From assembly GCA_963799625.1 (NCBI GenBank), contig CAWCXU010000001.1:57979-121978 (forward strand): DNA of 64,000 nucleotides, read 5' to 3'. The stretch is from an uncultured Actinomycetes bacterium. GTDB lineage: Bacteria > Actinomycetota > UBA4738 > HRBIN12. Position numbers and translations under genes: made by a program. The notes under the pieces were generated by a model. It was not told where the DNA came from, ran no database searches, and saw only the letters and a program-made list of their open reading frames with translations. Of the stretch, positions 60,224-64,000 are shown piece by piece; within the stretch, counting starts at the first letter, position 1, and the number at the start of each line of letters is the position of its first letter.

Positions 60224-61081
60224 GTGGAGACGGCGGCGCGTGTACGGATCGGAGAGCTGGCTCGAAGGACGGGCGTCTCGGCGGAGTTGCTGCGCGCGTG
60301 GGAGCAGCGCTACGGGCTGCTCCGGCCGGAGCGTTCTGCCGGTGGGTTCCGCCTCTACAGCCCCGCTGACGAGGCTCGGGTTCGCCGGATGACGGCGCTG
60401 ATCGCGTCGGGGGTGTCGGCGTCCGAGGCGGCGGCGCGAGCGACGAGCGACGAACCGGTGGCGCCGGGCGGGGCGGCGACCGACGAGCTCGCCACCGAGC
60501 TTCGCGCTGCGCTCGATCGCTTCGATGGTGAGGCCGCCCACGACGCGCTCGACCGGCTGTTCGCGACCGTGTCGATCGAACTGGTGATCACCGAGGTCGT
60601 CCTACCGCTCCTGCACGAGCTCGGCGACCGCTGGGAAGCCGGGACGGCGACCGTCGGGCAGGAGCACTTCGCATCGAGCTTGATCCGCGGCCGGCTGCTG
60701 GCGCTCGGTCGCGGATGGGCAGGAGGCTCAGGGCCGGCGTTCGTGTTGGCGTGCCCGCCGAGCGAGGAGCATGACCTCGGCCTCGTGATGTTCGGGATCA
60801 TTCTCGCTCGTCGAGGCGCGAGGATCGTGTTCCTCGGAGCCGACACTCCGATCGCCACCATCGTGGAGACCGTTCGCGACGTCGCGCCCGACGGACTGGT
60901 GATCGCGGCCACCCGGCCGCAGCCCGTGGCGGCCGCCGCGACGGACCTCGCTGCGGTGGCCGCCGCTCACGTGCCCGTGTACCTCGGTGGCGCTGGGGCG
61001 GACGATCGTGTCGTCGCCGCAGTGGGCGGACGACCGCTCGACGGCAACCTCTTGGCCGCCGCCAGGGCGCTGACCGCCTAG
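60224..61081 (+). CDS. carH: MerR-family cobalamin-binding photoreceptor/regulator (CarH/LitR-like)
   Basis: IGELARRTGVSAELLRAWEQRYG HTH; WEAG...QEHFAS (W-x9-EH); PPSEEHDLG B12-binding motif; FLGADTP. Confidence 0.85.
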   Translation: METAARVRIGELARRTGVSAELLRAWEQRYGLLRPERSAGGFRLYSPADEARVRRMTALIASGVSASEAAARATSDEPVAPGGAATDELATELRAALDRFDGEAAHDALDRLFATVSIELVITEVVLPLLHELGDRWEAGTATVGQEHFASSLIRGRLLALGRGWAGGSGPAFVLACPPSEEHDLGLVMFGIILARRGARIVFLGADTPIATIVETVRDVAPDGLVIAATRPQPVAAAATDLAAVAAAHVPVYLGGAGADDRVVAAVGGRPLDGNLLAAARALTA

Positions 61082-61260
61082 GAGAAGCGTCCGCGGCGCT
61101 TGGGTGCGACCTCGGCCTCGGCCTCGCGGCGCTCGGCCATCACCGCGCGGAGCTCGGCCTCGATCGAGGTCGTGCGGAGGGGGAGATCCGCGAGCCGTGC
61201 GCGAAGAGCGGTGTTGTCGTAGGGCAGGAAGCCGGGGGTGTTGCTCTCGATGCCAGCCAT
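61078..61260 (-). CDS. 60-aa hypothetical protein
   Basis: MAGIESNTPGFLPYDNTALRARLADL...; GAGG SD; helical composition. Confidence 0.45.
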   Translation of the reverse strand: MAGIESNTPGFLPYDNTALRARLADLPLRTTSIEAELRAVMAERREAEAEVAPKRRGRFS

Positions 61261-61398
61261 CCGATGGGTCCTCTCCATAAGGGAGGCCCATCGTGCGCCG
61301 CGGCATGCCCGCCGCACATCGGTCCCACGGCTCTTCCCCTGGGTCCATCCGCGCGTCCGCCGCGCCTTAGGCCCTTCGCAGAGCCTCGGCCATGTCGC

Positions 61399-61950
61399 TT
61401 ACCTAGGTTCGGGTGCACGGCGGCGCTCCATCCGCACGACGTGCCAGGTCTGCTCGTCCTCGCGTTCGTCGAAGCGCTGCACGACAGGGAGTCCCACCTT
61501 CGCCGCGACGCGGACCGAGGCGATGTTGCTCGCTTCGGCGTAGGCGCGCACGAGCTCTGCGTCCAACGTGTCGAACACGTAGTCGACGAGCGCCCCGACG
61601 GCCTCGGTCGCGTAGCCGTTGTTCTGGGCCCCCGGGTCCATCGTGTAGCCGACCAGGATCACGTCGGGCTCGTCGGTGTCGACGCGGATACCCACGTCGC
61701 CCACGAGCGTGTCGTCCTCCAGGGTCTCGACCGTGAACTGGACCCACCCGCCGGCCTCGCCGGGCGCCCGGGTGAGCATCTCCTCGATCTCGGTGCGGAC
61801 GTGGTCGGGGTCGGTGCGGCCCCAGCCCTGGTGGGCGTGGACCTCGGGGTCGCTGCGGTAGGCCGAGATCTGCTCGGCGTCCCGGGGCTCGGAGCGGCGC
61901 AGGCGCAGGCGGGCGGTCCGCAGCTCATCGAACCCGGGGTCGGCGCGCAT
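61399..61950 (-). CDS. GNAT N-acetyltransferase (RimJ/RimL family)
   Basis: LRTARLRLRR, LVGDVG, LVGYTMDPGAQNNGYATEAV, NIASVRVAAKVG. Confidence 0.88.
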   Translation of the reverse strand: MRADPGFDELRTARLRLRRSEPRDAEQISAYRSDPEVHAHQGWGRTDPDHVRTEIEEMLTRAPGEAGGWVQFTVETLEDDTLVGDVGIRVDTDEPDVILVGYTMDPGAQNNGYATEAVGALVDYVFDTLDAELVRAYAEASNIASVRVAAKVGLPVVQRFDEREDEQTWHVVRMERRRAPEPR

Positions 61951-61964
61951 CCGCGCCAGCGTAC

Positions 61965-62141
61965 CTAGCGGGTGTAGGTGAAGTGGTCTCGCTCCATCTT
62001 CGACAGCTGCCAGATGGCGCCGCGGATCTCGTCGTCCTCGGGGTGGTCGGCGAGCCACGTGCGGGCGGCGGCCATCACGGAGGAGATCTGATTGAGGGAG
62101 GAGGCCTCGGAAACCTGAGAAAGGAGTTCTGAACGATCCAT
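61965..62141 (-). CDS. 58-aa hypothetical protein
   Basis: MDRSELLSQVSEASSLNQISSVMAAARTWLADHPEDDEIRGAIWQL; coding-like composition. Confidence 0.5.
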   Translation of the reverse strand: MDRSELLSQVSEASSLNQISSVMAAARTWLADHPEDDEIRGAIWQLSKMERDHFTYTR

Positions 62142-62247
62142 ATACCTATACCTACGCCGCGGGTGTCTCCGCGCCCGGCGATGCACGCGGTCGTCACGTC
62201 ACCTCCACACACCCGCAACATCGTTTGGCGGGCGTACCATCACTGCC

Positions 62248-62722
62248 ATGGCGATCGCGACCGGCGCGCAGGCTCCCCCGGTGGCCGGCGCGACGCGCGA
62301 GGGCCCCCATGTCCTGGTCTTCTTCAAGGTCACGTGCTCGACCACGCAGCTCGCGACCCCGGCGATCGAGCGGCTCGCCCAGAGCCTTCCCCGACCGGGT
62401 GGTCGGCGTAGGCCAGGACCCGCAACCGGCGCTCGACGCCTTCTCCCAGGAGTACGCCCTGAGCCTGCCGCTCGTCCCCGACCTCGATCCGTACGCGGCG
62501 TCGGACGCGTACGGGATCGTGTCGGCACCGACCGCGGTCGCCGTCGGGTCTGACGGCACGATCCTCGACGTCGCCGAGTCGTGGGACCGCGACGCGTGGA
62601 ACCGGCTCGCGGCCGGGTTCGCCGGCGAGCTCGGGGTCGAGGCGACGACGGTGTCCGATGCGGGAGACGGCCTTCCGGACTTCAAACCCGGCTGAACCAC
62701 GAGGAACGTCCGCTCGGTCTGA
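62248..62722 (+). CDS. Peroxiredoxin-like redoxin, probable selenoprotein (Sec at UGA 62693-62695), apparent frameshift near 62383
   Basis: VLVFFKVTCSTT thioredoxin-fold motif, VVGVGQDP, YGIVSAPT, ending LPDFKPG-TGA-TTRNVRSV-TGA with a SECIS-like hairpin. Confidence 0.72.
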
Positions 62723-62727
62723 GCGGA
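62709..62727 (+). promoter_or_regulatory. Bacterial SECIS-like hairpin
   Basis: TCCGCTC-GGTCT-GAGCGGA: perfect 7-bp stem, loop starts 20 nt after the UGA. Confidence 0.7.
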
Positions 62728-62784
62728 GATGCGGGGCCCACGCGGGCGCGGTAGGTTCCGGTCACCTACCGACAGGGGGTTGCG

Positions 62785-64000
62785 TTGACCGACCGCACGA
62801 CGATCGCGTTCTTCCCGGAGCCGGGCGCCTGGGGACCCACGAACAACTGCGTCGCGATCGCGAACGTCCTGAAGGAACGCGGCCACCGGATCGTGTTCGT
62901 GATCGACGAGTCGTTCACGGGCGTCCTCGAGGCCAAGGGGTTCGAGGAGCGGCTGATGCGGATGACGCCCCCCGATGAGAACGCCGACCCCGACGGCCGA
63001 CCCCTGGGGCGAGTTCATCAGGGTGACGGCGCCCGAGTTCCGCAAGCCGACGATCGAGCAGATCGAGACGGTGACGAAGCCGATCTGGGAGGCCCTCGTC
63101 GCGGGGGAGCGCTACAGCCACGAGACGGTGATGGGCATCTGGGACGACGTCCACCCCGACGTCGTCGTCACGGACAACGTCACCGGCTATCCGGCGATCG
63201 AGCTCGCGGGGTGCCCATGGGTGCGGTTCGTATCGGCCAATCCGCTCGAGATGCGCGACGAGCTGTTGCCGCCGGTGCTGTCGGGACTCCCCGTCGCCGA
63301 CTCGGGCCAGTGGGGAGCGTTCCGCGAGGAGTACCACCGGCAGCACGAGGAGCTGCTGACCCAGCACAACGACTTCCGGGCCTCGGTCGGCGTGGCGCCC
63401 TGCCCGCTCGACGAGTTCAACACCCACTCGCCGTGGCTGAACCTGTACCTGTTCCCCGAGGCGGCCGACTACGCGCGGAAGGAACCGCTCGGGCCGACGT
63501 GGCACCGGCTGCAGTCGACCGTGCGGACGGGCGAAGCGCCGTTCGACGTCGCGTCGCAGGTGCCGGGGACCGGGAAGGTCGTCTACCTGTCGCTGGGGTC
63601 GCTCGGGTGCATGGACGTCGGACTGATGCAGCGGCTGATCGACGCGATGGCGACGACCGAGCACCGCACGATCGTGTCGATGGGCCCGCTGAAGGATCAG
63701 ATGACGCTCGGGCCGAACATGTACGGCGACGAGTTCCTGCCCCAGCCCTCGATCCTGCCGCAGTGCGACCTGCTGATCACCCACGGCGGCAACAACACGA
63801 CGTGCGAGGGGTTCCACTTCGGGCTGCCGATGATCGGGCTGCCGCTGTTCTGGGACCAGTACGACAACGCGCAGCGTCTCGACGAGACCGGGTTCGGCGT
63901 GCGCCTGCCGACCTACGACTGGGAACCGTCGCAGCTGACCGGGGCGGTCGACCGGCTGCTGGGCGACGAGGGCCTCGCCGCGCGGATGAAGGACATCTCG
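62785..64000 (+). CDS. GT1 (MGT/UDP-glycosyltransferase) family protein, apparent frameshift near 62990, runs off the window
   Basis: FFPEPGAWGPTNNCVAIA...RGHRIVF; VYLSLGSLG; LPQPSILPQCDLLITHGGNNT...GLPLFWDQYDNAQRL. Confidence 0.88.
   Translation, partial: MTDRTTIAFFPEPGAWGPTNNCVAIANVLKERGHRIVFVIDESFTGVLEAKGFEERLMRMTPPDENADPDGRPLGRVHQGDGARVPQADDRADRDGDEADLGGPRRGGALQPRDGDGHLGRRPPRRRRHGQRHRLSGDRARGVPMGAVRIGQSARDARRAVAAGAVGTPRRRLGPVGSVPRGVPPAARGAADPAQRLPGLGRRGALPARRVQHPLAVAEPVPVPRGGRLRAEGTARADVAPAAVDRADGRSAVRRRVAGAGDREGRLPVAGVARVHGRRTDAAADRRDGDDRAPHDRVDGPAEGSDDARAEHVRRRVPAPALDPAAVRPADHPRRQQHDVRGVPLRAADDRAAAVLGPVRQRAASRRDRVRRAPADLRLGTVAADRGGRPAAGRRGPRRADEGHL

Noticed and set aside
62785-64000. 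GT as SenB-like selenosugar synthase (selenoneine pathway) because it neighbours a selenoprotein
   Set aside because: The motifs are GT1/MGT (HGGNNT...FWDQ), and no SenA/EgtB-like or SelD gene is adjacent within the window.

Overview
High-GC bacterial chromosomal window, most likely an actinobacterium (inferred from base composition, SigB/F partner-switching genes, SARP regulator and Erm-type gene). I found no rRNA, tRNA, CRISPR array or mobile element. Layout: (1) 1-13.3 kb: polyamine-type ABC transporter, SpoIID lipoprotein, LtrA, tdh-kbl, MFS, two class III cyclase proteins, an LLM oxidoreductase and a Rieske oxygenase. (2) 13.4-38.5 kb: a general-stress island with a SigB/F sigma factor, 3 STAS proteins, several RsbW-like proteins (two look catalytically dead), 2 large GAF/PP2C phosphatases, trehalose genes, CsbD, topoisomerase IB and many microproteins; nine GTTT-N14-17-GGG(T/A/C)A promoters can be read directly. 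(3) 38.5-59.2 kb: a DddP-like M24 enzyme with altered metal ligands, three GcvT-family flavoproteins, clpB, a candidate attenuator/sRNA, a SARP-cyclase-STAND regulator and an Erm-like methyltransferase with an RxR leader peptide. (4) 59.2-64 kb: a CarH/LitR B12 photoreceptor locus with a readable 11-bp-repeat operator and a collapsed photolyase remnant, a probable selenoprotein redoxin (in-frame UGA plus fdhF-like SECIS) and a GT1 glycosyltransferase. About nine apparent single-base frameshifts in otherwise intact genes suggest assembly indel errors, so every disrupted or fused call needs read-level checking. All family assignments come from recognising motifs by eye; no database search was run.
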